Below are positions 37,369-46,502 of a stretch of 64,000 nt of DNA, in pieces (position 1 is the stretch's first letter; every line of letters starts with the position of its first letter). The stretch comes from a virus (Duplodnaviria > Caudoviricetes), in IMG/VR virus record IMGVR_UViG_3300037400_003271, positions 1 to 64,000 of that record, one strand, 5' to 3'. The notes under the pieces are model-generated. The model saw only the letters and a list, made by a program, of their open reading frames with translations. It was not told the DNA's origin and did not search any database. The position numbers were made by a program, and so were the translations under genes.

Positions 37369-37885
37369 ACTCGATCAATAATTTCCTTGCGTTCTCGTAT
37401 CTACGAATGACCTGCATATTCCGAAGAATCTCCTTCTCATAACCAGCGCCTGCTCCGGGGTTATGGTGTTTGATCGCTTCGTGAATGTCCTTGTTTTGAT
37501 TGTATCTCCCCTGGACGATAGCAAACATCTCGATACTCTTTCGGATGTCAAAAGCATCATCGTGGGTATAGTTGCGCCCAGACAATCGGTTCGCCTCACG
37601 CATATACGGAAGGGTGATTTGATACACGCCCCGATCGTTTGCGCTGCCAACCGCATTTGGGTTAAATCGAGATTCTTTGAACATGATGGCGAGTTGGAGT
37701 ACATCCCACTCGGTCAGCTCTCCCTTGTGCAGATTGCGCAGGAGCTGGACGGCTGAATACTTCGGGGCTTCGGTTTTCGGTGTTTCCTCGCGGTGTTTGC
37801 TCGCATAGATGATCCCGACGATGCACCCGGCGATGATGGCCAGGGCGATGATCACGCCGACGGTGTTGTGTCTCTTGTCTTGCAT
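37331..37885 (-). CDS. Membrane-anchored lytic transglycosylase (SLT domain)
   Basis: N-terminal TM helix; AIMFKESRFNPNAVG...GVYQIT catalytic Glu motif; YNQ. Confidence 0.75.
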   Translation of the reverse strand: MQDKRHNTVGVIIALAIIAGCIVGIIYASKHREETPKTEAPKYSAVQLLRNLHKGELTEWDVLQLAIMFKESRFNPNAVGSANDRGVYQITLPYMREANRLSGRNYTHDDAFDIRKSIEMFAIVQGRYNQNKDIHEAIKHHNPGAGAGYEKEILRNMQVIRRYENARKLLIEYGERNLEAGCRL

Positions 37886-38108
37886 ATCTCTTTTGGTTTT
37901 TAGTTTCTGTAAAAAAGGGAGCCGCAGGGCTTTGGGGAAACTTGTTTAACGCTTTATTCTGTCCGAAATGAAATGTAGTAGTGCATGGGCCTCGCGGCCA
38001 ACTCCTTACGGCTCCCTATGTTTGATCGGCTGGGTTGCAGAGCAGAGCCAGCACCTCCCCGCGTCACCATCCTTAACCACTAAACCCGATGGGCCGGGGC
38101 GTTGCATC

Positions 38109-38243
38109 TTACACCGCGATCTTTGTCAGTCTCGCGCAGAGCGCATCGTTGCGCTTGTTGCGCCGGTATTCATTCTTGATCTGCCGCCACCAGAGCTTTA
38201 CCTTGTGAAACCGGGGCATACATCTGGGGTATTTAGCTTTCAT
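38109..38243 (-). CDS. Small basic protein, 44 aa (not in ORF track)
   Basis: MKAKYPRCMPRF...TKIAV, 1 nt after the previous stop. Confidence 0.35.
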   Translation of the reverse strand: MKAKYPRCMPRFHKVKLWWRQIKNEYRRNKRNDALCARLTKIAV

Positions 38244-38244
38244 A

Positions 38245-38592
38245 TTACTTTCGGATTATCGGCAGCTCGACCTTTTTCGCATCGTCCTCCCATCGGAGGT
38301 CAGGGAAAAAAGATTCGTCCAATTCAAACCAGTTGGCGGTTAGAGGCACCCACGATATAAGCCCTCTTTGCGGCACTACGAGGAAAAACCACAATGTGCC
38401 ATTTTTATTTCTCGCCACCCAGCCCTTGATGGTTGGGAGAGCGGAGATTTCTTCGGGGGCCTTTGCGTAAGCATCCCGTTTAATCGTCTGGACAAGAACC
38501 GCGCTGCCGAACGCATCGTCATCTGCGAAGTCACATCTGTTCAACTTCGGGAAAGCCTCACACGCTTTCTTGTGGATTTCCTGTGGTGTCAT
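38245..38592 (-). CDS. Hypothetical protein
   Basis: IKGWVARNKNG motif; tiles. Confidence 0.5.
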   Translation of the reverse strand: MTPQEIHKKACEAFPKLNRCDFADDDAFGSAVLVQTIKRDAYAKAPEEISALPTIKGWVARNKNGTLWFFLVVPQRGLISWVPLTANWFELDESFFPDLRWEDDAKKVELPIIRK

Positions 38593-38595
38593 AGG

Positions 38596-38829
38596 CTACC
38601 TTGCTTTTTCGGAACACACATTGTTGTAGAAATCCAACGCGGCATCACGGATCGTGTCACCGAATCCGGCCACGCCTTCTTGAATGTTATCTCCCAAGAG
38701 GAAACACCATTGGTTGCCATCTTTGGAGAGTTTCGGGCCGAGTGCTTGAATACACGGCCAGATTTCGAGGCTTGACTGCCACGGGGAGTAAGCTCCGTCA
38801 AGGACGGATGATAATTCGGAAGGTGTCAT
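38596..38829 (-). CDS. Hypothetical protein
   Basis: TAGCCTATG junctions on both sides. Confidence 0.5.
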   Translation of the reverse strand: MTPSELSSVLDGAYSPWQSSLEIWPCIQALGPKLSKDGNQWCFLLGDNIQEGVAGFGDTIRDAALDFYNNVCSEKAR

Positions 38830-38832
38830 AGG

Positions 38833-39507
38833 CTAAAATTCTTCTTCAAGGTCATTTTGGAGTTCGATTATATCGTCATAGGTTCGTCCCATCTTTTGAA
38901 GGATGCCATAAGCCTCGGCCATATCGAGAACTTCTTTGAGGGCGTTCTTTTGGGCCTCGCTGGGCTTCCAATTAGGTAAAGGACGGAGGGATTTGAGCCA
39001 GTCGATAGCTTCATCTATTGCACTTTTAAGAGCATATTGCTCCCTCGCTGTTTCAAGAAAGTAAATAGCATCTGTTCTTCTATGCTCGTCCTCCTCGCTC
39101 CACCCTGCCGGCTTCTGAACTTGCCGCTTGCTCTCAATCCAGTTTATAAGTGCTTGCACTTCTTCGCCGGGCGTATCATCAGAGGTTGCCTCCGCGTAGT
39201 TTAAAATAGCAATCAATCTGCTCCACGCTTTTTTGTCCGGCTCACCATCGTGATAGTTGAAATCCTGCATAGTTGCCCATTCTACGAGCTTCTGCTCTTT
39301 CTGCTTTTCGAGGTAGGCTTCCATCTGGCATCTTTCGTGATTAACAGCGTGTTTCTTCACAAGTGCAAGGATGTTTTTCCTTGTCCTCTCATCCTCGCTC
39401 TCCTGCAGCTCCGGGAAATCCCTCTTGATGGCATCGCAAGCCTCTTGGCTCAACGCTCCGCAAGCAAGCAACTCACGAGCTTTCTCTATTGCTTCTTTTC
39501 TGTCCAT
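38833..39507 (-). CDS. Hypothetical protein with QK(P)xxWSEEDE-type modules
   Basis: Repeated short motifs typical of Bacteroidota phage early proteins. Confidence 0.5.
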   Translation of the reverse strand: MDRKEAIEKARELLACGALSQEACDAIKRDFPELQESEDERTRKNILALVKKHAVNHERCQMEAYLEKQKEQKLVEWATMQDFNYHDGEPDKKAWSRLIAILNYAEATSDDTPGEEVQALINWIESKRQVQKPAGWSEEDEHRRTDAIYFLETAREQYALKSAIDEAIDWLKSLRPLPNWKPSEAQKNALKEVLDMAEAYGILQKMGRTYDDIIELQNDLEEEF

Positions 39508-39513
39508 ATCGCT

Positions 39514-40284
39514 TTATTCTTCGTATTTCTTGAGTTCGTTCTTGAATTTCTGAATGTCGGCCTTCGTCTGCTCGATTTTCTGGGGGATAAATCTGTTAAC
39601 CGCCTCCTTTACCTTCCGGTAATGTTCGTTGTTGTTGAACGCATCGAGGTCGTCCTTGCTGAAGAAGGCGCGGCTCTCACGAGAATCCATGCGGTAGCCA
39701 TCCTCGTTGTAGATGTCTTCAATCAGTAAAAGCGACCGGCCGTCGCTTCCGTTCAGAACCTTGTAACCCTCGGATGTCAAGAGGTATGCGAGGCCATCCT
39801 TGCCAAAGACCTTGAGTTCGATGGTGGTCTTTGAGCAGACGGTGCCAACAGGAAAAACAACAGAATCACCAAAGTTCAAAGCGGAAATATCGTGCGGGCG
39901 CTCCTTAATCTCAGACATGCTGGCCAACTCGCTTTCCATCTTAGAAAGTTCGGATTCGTGCTGCTTCAGATATACCTCATGCTTCCTTATGCGCTTGCTG
40001 ATCATGTCTCGAAAGGCAGCATTCTTGGTTTCGTGGAATTGAGAATCGAGGTCTCCAGTGGTGTGAAAGCACTCATACTCCTTCGCAGACTCATTGATGA
40101 GTGCTCCGAGCTCCCAATGGTCTCCAACCCTCTTAACGGAAACTCTGCAATGGTCTCCTTCGTGTTTGCAGGTCGTGTCCTCATAGATATTGCCTTCTAT
40201 GCGCTTATAGGCTGCAATACCACGCATTCCGCGATACTTATAGAGGGTTTCCGGCATAATGTCGATTTCTTCTTTCTCTTTCAT
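39514..40284 (-). CDS. Hypothetical protein
   Basis: Tiles; two coiled-coil segments. Confidence 0.5.
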   Translation of the reverse strand: MKEKEEIDIMPETLYKYRGMRGIAAYKRIEGNIYEDTTCKHEGDHCRVSVKRVGDHWELGALINESAKEYECFHTTGDLDSQFHETKNAAFRDMISKRIRKHEVYLKQHESELSKMESELASMSEIKERPHDISALNFGDSVVFPVGTVCSKTTIELKVFGKDGLAYLLTSEGYKVLNGSDGRSLLLIEDIYNEDGYRMDSRESRAFFSKDDLDAFNNNEHYRKVKEAVNRFIPQKIEQTKADIQKFKNELKKYEE

Positions 40285-40296
40285 AACCGAATCATC

Positions 40297-41055
40297 TTAA
40301 TTCTTTATCAACACGTCATTCGCCCATCTGGAGAGGACGCCCTTCGACAGGCGGCATCCCTCGCGCGTTCCGTAGGCGTCAGGATCCTTTTCGAACAGCT
40401 CGTCGGTCATCCGGAGGATCTCGCTCCGCGGAACACCCTTGAGGACGAGCCGAGTGGCCATCATATACAACGGCGATCGGCGCTTCCACTCTGCGGCATT
40501 CTCCATCTTCTTGGCGCACATCGCCAGGCCGGCGTTGGGGTTCTTGTCGCCCTTCTTCCGGCCGAGATGGTCGCAGAAGTTCCCGGACTTGGACACGAAG
40601 CCGCCGTCTTTCTTGATCCGCTCCTTGCGGGCGTCGATGGCCGACTGGGTACGCTGCTGGATCATCTCCTTTTCGAGCTGAGCGGCGAAAGAGAACGCGT
40701 AGAGAAGCATCTGGTCGACGGCTTTCAGCTCCGAACAGTCCAGGTCGATACCCATCTTGATCACGATGAGGCGAACACCGCGCTTCTTCAGTTCCTCGTT
40801 AACCAGTGTGTTGAGGTCAGACATCGAGCGGCCGAGGCGGGAGATCTCGGTCACTATCAGGACATCGCCACGGGACATGCGCTTCACGAGGCCGGCAAGT
40901 TTTCTGTCCTTGTAGGACACGCCGCCGGACACGCCCTCGTCTTTCTCGACAACATCGATGGTGAGTCCCTTCGATGAGGCGTACTGCTCGATGGCGTATA
41001 CCTGCTGTACCTCGTCCTGGTGGTCTGTACTGAATCGGATATAAGCGTAGTTCAT
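40297..41055 (-). CDS. Small serine recombinase (resolvase/invertase family)
   Basis: YAYIRFST catalytic Ser, DEGVSG, VTEISRLGRS; C-terminal DNA-binding region. Confidence 0.9.
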   Translation of the reverse strand: MNYAYIRFSTDHQDEVQQVYAIEQYASSKGLTIDVVEKDEGVSGGVSYKDRKLAGLVKRMSRGDVLIVTEISRLGRSMSDLNTLVNEELKKRGVRLIVIKMGIDLDCSELKAVDQMLLYAFSFAAQLEKEMIQQRTQSAIDARKERIKKDGGFVSKSGNFCDHLGRKKGDKNPNAGLAMCAKKMENAAEWKRRSPLYMMATRLVLKGVPRSEILRMTDELFEKDPDAYGTREGCRLSKGVLSRWANDVLIKN

Positions 41056-41056
41056 G

Positions 41057-41131
41057 TTACCTTTTCTCGTTGAACAGTTCCGGGATGAAGCTGAGGCCGC
41101 AGATGATATATGCTATGATGAACGCGATCAT
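41057..41131 (-). CDS. 24-aa hydrophobic peptide (not in ORF track)
   Basis: MIAFIIAYIICGLSFIPELFNEKR; ATGA overlap with the upstream gene. Confidence 0.3.
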   Translation of the reverse strand: MIAFIIAYIICGLSFIPELFNEKR

Positions 41132-41400
41132 GACCGAAGCGTTTTGATATAAGCGTCGAGAAGATGCACTTTCGCGCGGTTGACCGCCTCCGTGTCGAGG
41201 GCGGTGAACTCGAACGACTTGATGAGAGAGTGTCCGGAGTAGATGGCCACATCGAAGGTGATGTGCGTGCCCTCCCCCCAGAAGTTGTCGTGGATGCTCG
41301 TGTCCAGGTGCATCGAATGCCGGCGCCTCAGACATTCCGTCTGAAGCGGCTGGACCGCGGCGAGGATCTCGAGCATAATTTCGTCTTTTACTTGCTCCAT
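41128..41400 (-). CDS. Hypothetical protein
   Basis: Start MEQVKDE at 41400. Confidence 0.45.
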   Translation of the reverse strand: MEQVKDEIMLEILAAVQPLQTECLRRRHSMHLDTSIHDNFWGEGTHITFDVAIYSGHSLIKSFEFTALDTEAVNRAKVHLLDAYIKTLRS

Positions 41401-41443
41401 AACTTTGATGTTTTGATGTTTACCTGCAAGAAATGTGCCAATA

Positions 41444-41728
41444 TTAGTCTGCTCCGTATCTGTTGCACCACTCGAGTTTCTGCCGGCAGAACTCGTCGTA
41501 GTCTGCCTGCCACTTCGCGTCGTCAATCTTGATCCGGTCGAACCAGTCCGCATCCGGCGTAATGATGAGGTTTACGTCACCATAGGCCGCAAGGAGATCC
41601 TCCTTCGCTTTGTCGAACTGGCTCTTGTTCTCGAACAGGCGCAGCCCGTCCGAGCAGTCCGTGTGGATGTGCGCCCTGGACAGCCCGATGGACTGCAGGT
41701 GCGCGTAGGTTAGTTCAGAGAGTTTCAT
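41444..41728 (-). CDS. Hypothetical protein
   Basis: Start MKLSEL at 41728. Confidence 0.5.
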   Translation of the reverse strand: MKLSELTYAHLQSIGLSRAHIHTDCSDGLRLFENKSQFDKAKEDLLAAYGDVNLIITPDADWFDRIKIDDAKWQADYDEFCRQKLEWCNRYGAD

Positions 41729-41729
41729 C

Positions 41730-41984
41730 TTACTTGGCTGTTGTTGTGAATTTGACTTCGATAATGATTTCGCCATTCGGGAGCGCCTTGAAGGACGTCG
41801 TGTCAAACAGCGCGTCTCCATAGTCGTCGTATGCGGCGCTAATGGACAGGTCGATGCAGCGCCGGCCGATCATCTTCTCGGCCTCGGAACGCAGGTTCTT
41901 GATCACGAAATCAGCATCCGCGTCGTCTTCGAATGTGCGGCGGAACTCCTTGTAGTTCGTAATCCAGATTCGCTTCAGTTTCAT
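41730..41984 (-). CDS. Hypothetical protein
   Basis: Tiles. Confidence 0.5.
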   Translation of the reverse strand: MKLKRIWITNYKEFRRTFEDDADADFVIKNLRSEAEKMIGRRCIDLSISAAYDDYGDALFDTTSFKALPNGEIIIEVKFTTTAK

Positions 41985-42447
41985 TTCTTTCCTTTAAGTA
42001 TTCTTTGACTTTCTTGAGATCCGGCCACCCGCTCTTCGTGACAATGTCGCCGACAAGAGAGTCGTGGCCGATGTGCTGGCCGAGATACTCGCACATTTCG
42101 GACAGGGCGCCATCGAGGGTGGGCGCCACAAAGCCCCGGCCGGAGAACCGGCCGACGAGCCACTCGGTGGTTACGTGCTGCCCGGCGTCATCCATATAGG
42201 TGCAGTCCGGGTCGACCCCGCGAATAAGGGTGACGAGTTCTTCATTGTCAATCACGATCGGCTTGTAGGCCGACTTGATGTATTCGAGCGTCTTCTCTAC
42301 GCGTTTCTTCTCGTCCAGGCAGTCCATCTGGGCCACCTTGTTCCCACCATCGCGATACGCCTCCGAATCGCGGTAAAGGCGGCTAATGCGGTTACGCAGC
42401 GAGTCAATAATGATCCCGTGCTGCTCCGGTGTGATTTCGATTGTCAT
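41911..42447 (-). CDS. Hypothetical protein
   Basis: ATGA-coupled start; C-terminus runs 74 nt into the next gene. Confidence 0.45.
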   Translation of the reverse strand: MTIEITPEQHGIIIDSLRNRISRLYRDSEAYRDGGNKVAQMDCLDEKKRVEKTLEYIKSAYKPIVIDNEELVTLIRGVDPDCTYMDDAGQHVTTEWLVGRFSGRGFVAPTLDGALSEMCEYLGQHIGHDSLVGDIVTKSGWPDLKKVKEYLKERNETEANLDYELQGVPPHIRRRRGC

Positions 42448-42746
42448 TTCTTTTCTACGCTAAAGGTTACACTGTCGTCGCGGAGAACCCGCGTCTTGTC
42501 TTTCTTGTGGGTGAAGGCATCAATGCCGTATTTGAATCCCCACCTGCAGACGGCGGCCCAGGATCCGATTCTATAGCCGATCTGCTCGCAGGCGTACCAG
42601 AAGATCTCGTCGTTGGCCTCGTCAAGGGAGAGGTTGTCGTCCCAGACCCAGGCCACCGGCGTCTGGCCGTCGTACTTGAGCACCTCCTGTCCGTTGTAGT
42701 GCATCCGCGCATTGTACGGATCGCACCTTGCTACTATTCTGTACAT
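42444..42746 (-). CDS. Hypothetical protein
   Basis: Tiles. Confidence 0.5.
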   Translation of the reverse strand: MYRIVARCDPYNARMHYNGQEVLKYDGQTPVAWVWDDNLSLDEANDEIFWYACEQIGYRIGSWAAVCRWGFKYGIDAFTHKKDKTRVLRDDSVTFSVEKK

Positions 42747-42747
42747 A

Positions 42748-42942
42748 CTACATATATTCGTCAGTTACCACTCGCAGGCCGGCCTGCAGGCCGCCGTAGA
42801 TTCTGAGGTATCGCTCCGCCTCGGAGCCGTCGCACGCAAGCGCGCCCTCGAGGAAGAACGCCATCGCTTCCTGGCGCCGCCAGACTTTCGTAGTGCCGCC
42901 ACAGGTCACTTCGACCTTGTCGTTGATTCTCGCGCGTGCCAT
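42748..42942 (-). CDS. Small conserved-looking phage protein
   Basis: FLEGALACDGSEAERYLRIY; start 42942. Confidence 0.5.
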   Translation of the reverse strand: MARARINDKVEVTCGGTTKVWRRQEAMAFFLEGALACDGSEAERYLRIYGGLQAGLRVVTDEYM

Positions 42943-42946
42943 ATCC

Positions 42947-43252
42947 CTAAGCCTTTGCAAGTCCGATAAACTCCGTGCAGATGAACGACCGCCACATACC
43001 TTTGACGCAGTCGAAGAACCGGACCTCCGTCTTCGGCTCGGGCACACTTTCGCCCTTAGGTTCCCAAAGTGTGCCGTCCGGCCGCTTCATCAGGCTCCGG
43101 TTGAGCGTGCCCACCGCGTCGCGGATGCTGCCGTCCTTCTTCCTGAACTGGAACTTGACGGCCTGCTCCATCATCTTCTCCTGAAGCAGCATGATCTCGT
43201 CGGCCTTGAATCCCTCAATGCCGAGGTTAACTAAGTCTTCTCGTGTCTTCAT
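42947..43252 (-). CDS. SH3 beta-barrel (WYL_2/DUF2693-like) protein
   Basis: VKFQFRKKDGSIRDAVGTL...FFDCVKGMWRSF. Confidence 0.65.
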   Translation of the reverse strand: MKTREDLVNLGIEGFKADEIMLLQEKMMEQAVKFQFRKKDGSIRDAVGTLNRSLMKRPDGTLWEPKGESVPEPKTEVRFFDCVKGMWRSFICTEFIGLAKA

Positions 43253-43275
43253 AACTTTGCTTTGATTGTTAGTGT

Positions 43276-43740
43276 TTAACTGATAGGGTGTTCGTACCAC
43301 TGGTCGATGGCCAGCAGGAACTTCTTACCCTCTACCTCGTCGACCCAGATCTCGTGCGCTCCGATCTTCGCGCAGAGCCATGAGTTGTCGGTCTTCGGGC
43401 AGTGGTCCACCGGACTCCAGCGGGAGCCGTATGCGTTGAGCATTGCGTGTTTCCTGATGAACTCCTCGACAGCCTTTTTCGCATTGGTGAATTCGTTGAC
43501 CTCGTTAAAGGTTGCCCATTTAGCGGATACGTGCCCGTCGCTGGAGAAGACCGTGATCTCCGCCGTAAAGGCGGACATATCCCCGTCGTCGTTTCGCGGC
43601 GTGTACTGCGTAATGATGTGGACTGTCAGCTTTTCGAACAGGAGCTGGTTCTGGATCTTGAGCATCCACTCGTAAGCGGACAGGAAACTTCTTTGCGCTT
43701 CTTCGTTCTCGAAGCGTCTCATATCTTCGCTTGTTGCCAT
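43276..43740 (-). CDS. Hypothetical protein
   Basis: Tiles. Confidence 0.5.
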   Translation of the reverse strand: MATSEDMRRFENEEAQRSFLSAYEWMLKIQNQLLFEKLTVHIITQYTPRNDDGDMSAFTAEITVFSSDGHVSAKWATFNEVNEFTNAKKAVEEFIRKHAMLNAYGSRWSPVDHCPKTDNSWLCAKIGAHEIWVDEVEGKKFLLAIDQWYEHPIS

Positions 43741-43888
43741 ACTTCTACTTTCTTAAGATTTTATCGATGTACCGTTTCCACTGGCCGGCGGAGTCAAACT
43801 CCATCCATCGGCCGGAGACTTCTGACTTGTAGCCGCGCCCCCATTCATAGAGGGCATAGCCTTCGTAGGTGATGAGCGCGTTACACAT
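43719..43888 (-). pseudogene. Possible small gene split by a 1-nt deletion
   Basis: MCNALITYEGYALYEW continues as (R)GYKSEVSGRWMEFDS... in another frame across GGGGCGCGG near 43836-43841. Confidence 0.25.
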
Positions 43889-44096
43889 AGTCTTCGATGT
43901 AAGTTACTGCGTCACCGATGCTGCTGGCCGCATCCTCGAACGCGCTGATTTTTTCCTCCAGCGCAGGTGCGGCGTCGCTTTCCAGCCACTTCTCGGAGCG
44001 GCTGTCGTAATACTCCTGGGCCTTTTCGGCCATCTCTGTCAGTTCTGCCTGCAGACCCTCCAGTTTGTCTTTAATCTTTTCGATCTTCTTTGACAT
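43881..44096 (-). CDS. Small acidic helical protein
   Basis: Coiled-coil pattern; tiles. Confidence 0.5.
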   Translation of the reverse strand: MSKKIEKIKDKLEGLQAELTEMAEKAQEYYDSRSEKWLESDAAPALEEKISAFEDAASSIGDAVTYIEDYV

Positions 44097-44142
44097 AGTG
44101 AATGTGTTTTATGGTTGTTTCCTTGCAAGAACTACGCCACGA

Positions 44143-44409
44143 TTAGCGGATGCGTTCTTGAACTACTGAGAGTTTAAACTCGGCGTCCGGGATGAATTTC
44201 AAGACACTCTCCTTTGCAAGCCGGAGCGCAGAGTCTTTGCTTGTCCGAGTCCCGACCTCCTCAAAGAACGGCCAGCCGGCGAAGACAACATACTTGCCTT
44301 CCTTCCGGTTGACAACGGCTACCATTTTGCCGCTCTCTTTCAAGGTAAACTTTGTGCGCTTGCCCTGTCGGCAAAGCACATCGGTTAAGATAATTCTTGT
44401 TGTTTCCAT
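44143..44409 (-). CDS. Hypothetical protein
   Basis: Tiles. Confidence 0.5.
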   Translation of the reverse strand: METTRIILTDVLCRQGKRTKFTLKESGKMVAVVNRKEGKYVVFAGWPFFEEVGTRTSKDSALRLAKESVLKFIPDAEFKLSVVQERIR

Positions 44410-44412
44410 GTT

Positions 44413-45021
44413 TTATTTTTCTTTTCGTTTCCACATATAGCCACCAGATGTTTTTGATGCTCCTCTGCACGCCTGGGATATGCAATCTGCGCTTATCCCG
44501 GTTTTCTTACTAGCCTCATCAATTGAATCATATTCTGCTACAAGAATTCCAGATAAGGAGTATTGGGCGCATGCCGTATATTTTTTCTTTAGAATTCCTT
44601 CGTCCCACATTTTACGAATGTGTATTTTCGCTGCAGCGCTAAGTCTCGCCCTACGATTCTTCTCATTGCAGTTCTCTTTTGCTGTACCCCATGCAAGATT
44701 CGCCGAATTATTATTCATTGCGTTTCCATCGAGATGCATGCATTGATAACCTGCCGGTCTGGGGCCATGAAACGCTTCGCAAACTAGATTGGATACCCTT
44801 ACGCAACGAATTTTGGAATTTTTACAAAGCATTATGACTGGCGTTCTGTATGAGTAACCACGCTTCTGGTTAATCTGCGTTTTCATAATCCTTCCCTTCC
44901 AGTTCTTCCTGATTCCATTAGCGTAAATTGTGATCCTATCAAGACTCTTCACTCTTCCCAGGCTGCTCACTTCGTACAGCCCATCATAGCCGAGAACCGG
45001 CTTCCAGATTTCCTCTGTCAT
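44413..45021 (-). mobile_element. Free-standing NUMOD4-HNH-NUMOD1 homing endonuclease gene
   Basis: EIWKPVLGYDGLYEVSSLGRV, CMHLDGNAMNNNSANLAW, YDSIDEAS; low GC. Confidence 0.85.
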
Positions 45022-45124
45022 ACTACTTAAAAATAGCCCAGATGTTCAGTGTACGGTGCGAGCATACGCCTACTAATCTGGGCCTTTAAGTGTCTATGTC
45101 TCGTTACCTCGCACGTAACTATTG

Positions 45125-45132
45125 CAAAGGTA
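45125..45132 (-). promoter_or_regulatory. Bacteroidota -7 box (TACCTTTG on - strand)
   Basis: CAAAGGTA on + strand in the gap between the MTase and HNH genes. Confidence 0.5.
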
Positions 45133-45177
45133 AGAAACATTTTTCAGAAATCCTAATCAGTGTGCCTCGAAAAAGAT

Positions 45178-45600
45178 TTAGAAAATTACCACCATGCTCG
45201 GGAACGGTGCCCCTTGCTTGGACTCATTGAAATGGAGACGGCCACGGATGAACCGGATCTCCTTCGCTTTGTGGTAGATGTACTCGTGGAAGTACGATGT
45301 GTCGGTTCTGGCCGGGATGAGCATCACGACCAGGGTGTCCGGATTCCTTGACTCCTCGTAGCACTTCTTGACCCACTTGTGCAGCTCACGCCCGTATGGA
45401 GGGTTGCAGAACACTCTTGCCCCCCCCCATGACCTCGCAAGTCCGTCATCTTCAATGGTATAGAACCGCTTACATTTAGCGTTACTCTCGGTAGCGCACG
45501 GGTCAAGATTGAAATGGAACTCAGCGTCCAACGCCCTGAAGAACTCCTTCGGGGTGGCCCACTCATTGCTGTTCGATGAGAATAATCCTTGATTGATCAT
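45178..45600 (-). CDS. dam: Phage DNA N6-adenine methyltransferase (Dam family)
   Basis: LFSSNSNEWATP, LDPCA, VFCNPPYG, LIPARTDT. Confidence 0.85.
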   Translation of the reverse strand: MINQGLFSSNSNEWATPKEFFRALDAEFHFNLDPCATESNAKCKRFYTIEDDGLARSWGGARVFCNPPYGRELHKWVKKCYEESRNPDTLVVMLIPARTDTSYFHEYIYHKAKEIRFIRGRLHFNESKQGAPFPSMVVIF

Positions 45601-45601
45601 A

Positions 45602-46318
45602 TCAGTGTGCTTCAAATAAGATTCTCTGTCCGGGCTTCAGACTCCAGCAGCCCTCGTCCTTCACGGCACAGGCCGAGCAGTCGCCACCGCACCAGATGCC
45701 GCTCGGAACCATCTCGCCCTTCCACACCGGCCTCGAGGTCGGCAGGTTGTGCGGGTTGGGCACGGACAGGCCGCGCCACTCGCTGAAGATAATGTGCAGG
45801 TTCTCCGGCAGGTTTCCGTTGGCGTCAATCCAGCGGTTGACAATGTCGAACTGCTTCGTGAACGCCAGCACCTGGCAGTGCGTGTTATTCATGGCCACGA
45901 CAACCATGCCGGTGAAGAAGTTGTCGTCGAGGATGTCGCCCGAAACGAAAAACCTGAACCATTTGTTCTTCTTCATCTCCCCATCTACCTCTCGGAAGAA
46001 CTTCACGGGATCTCCGTGGGCGATTGCGCTGTTGTTGGCGAATGCCGCCCTGCTTGCGTCGTAGCAGGCGATGTTCCGCGCTGCATAACAGCCCTTCGCG
46101 CAGCAGGCGCAATTTGCCCCGCAATCAGCGATTGGGATGATCGACACGGACGGGACAAGGTTGCCCGTCTTGCGGTTGCCGTAGGAGAACTTGACATGCG
46201 CGTTCTCTACATCAACCTGACCGCGCAGGTCTACCATCTTCTTGACTCTGGTCGCGATGGCCTCTTCCTTGAATTCGACGTAGTTGTGTACGCCGGTAAG
46301 TGCTTTGTGTGTTGCCAT
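45602..46318 (-). CDS. GP88-like Cys-rich (radical SAM-related) protein
   Basis: CGANCACCAKGCYA cluster; FRFFVSGD, AFTK. Confidence 0.6.
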   Translation of the reverse strand: MATHKALTGVHNYVEFKEEAIATRVKKMVDLRGQVDVENAHVKFSYGNRKTGNLVPSVSIIPIADCGANCACCAKGCYAARNIACYDASRAAFANNSAIAHGDPVKFFREVDGEMKKNKWFRFFVSGDILDDNFFTGMVVVAMNNTHCQVLAFTKQFDIVNRWIDANGNLPENLHIIFSEWRGLSVPNPHNLPTSRPVWKGEMVPSGIWCGGDCSACAVKDEGCWSLKPGQRILFEAH

Positions 46319-46320
46319 AA

Positions 46321-46500
46321 CTATACCCGTTTGATGTTTTCGATTATAATGGACACGGAGCTGTCTCCGTCACCCAGAAATTCGCGGTTATCGTAGAAGT
46401 AGCCGTCAAGCATATTCTGGATCTCCGACTTCACCTGTTCCTTTGACTTGAACGCCGACCCTTCAAATCTTATGGTGCTGGTAACGATATACTTTGCCAT
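46321..46500 (-). CDS. Hypothetical protein
   Basis: Start MAKYIV at 46500. Confidence 0.45.
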   Translation of the reverse strand: MAKYIVTSTIRFEGSAFKSKEQVKSEIQNMLDGYFYDNREFLGDGDSSVSIIIENIKRV

Positions 46501-46502
46501 AG

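Noticed and set aside
38067-38093. tRNA gene on the - strand (TTTAGTGGTTAAGG resembles a D loop)
   Set aside because: No T arm or acceptor stem follows
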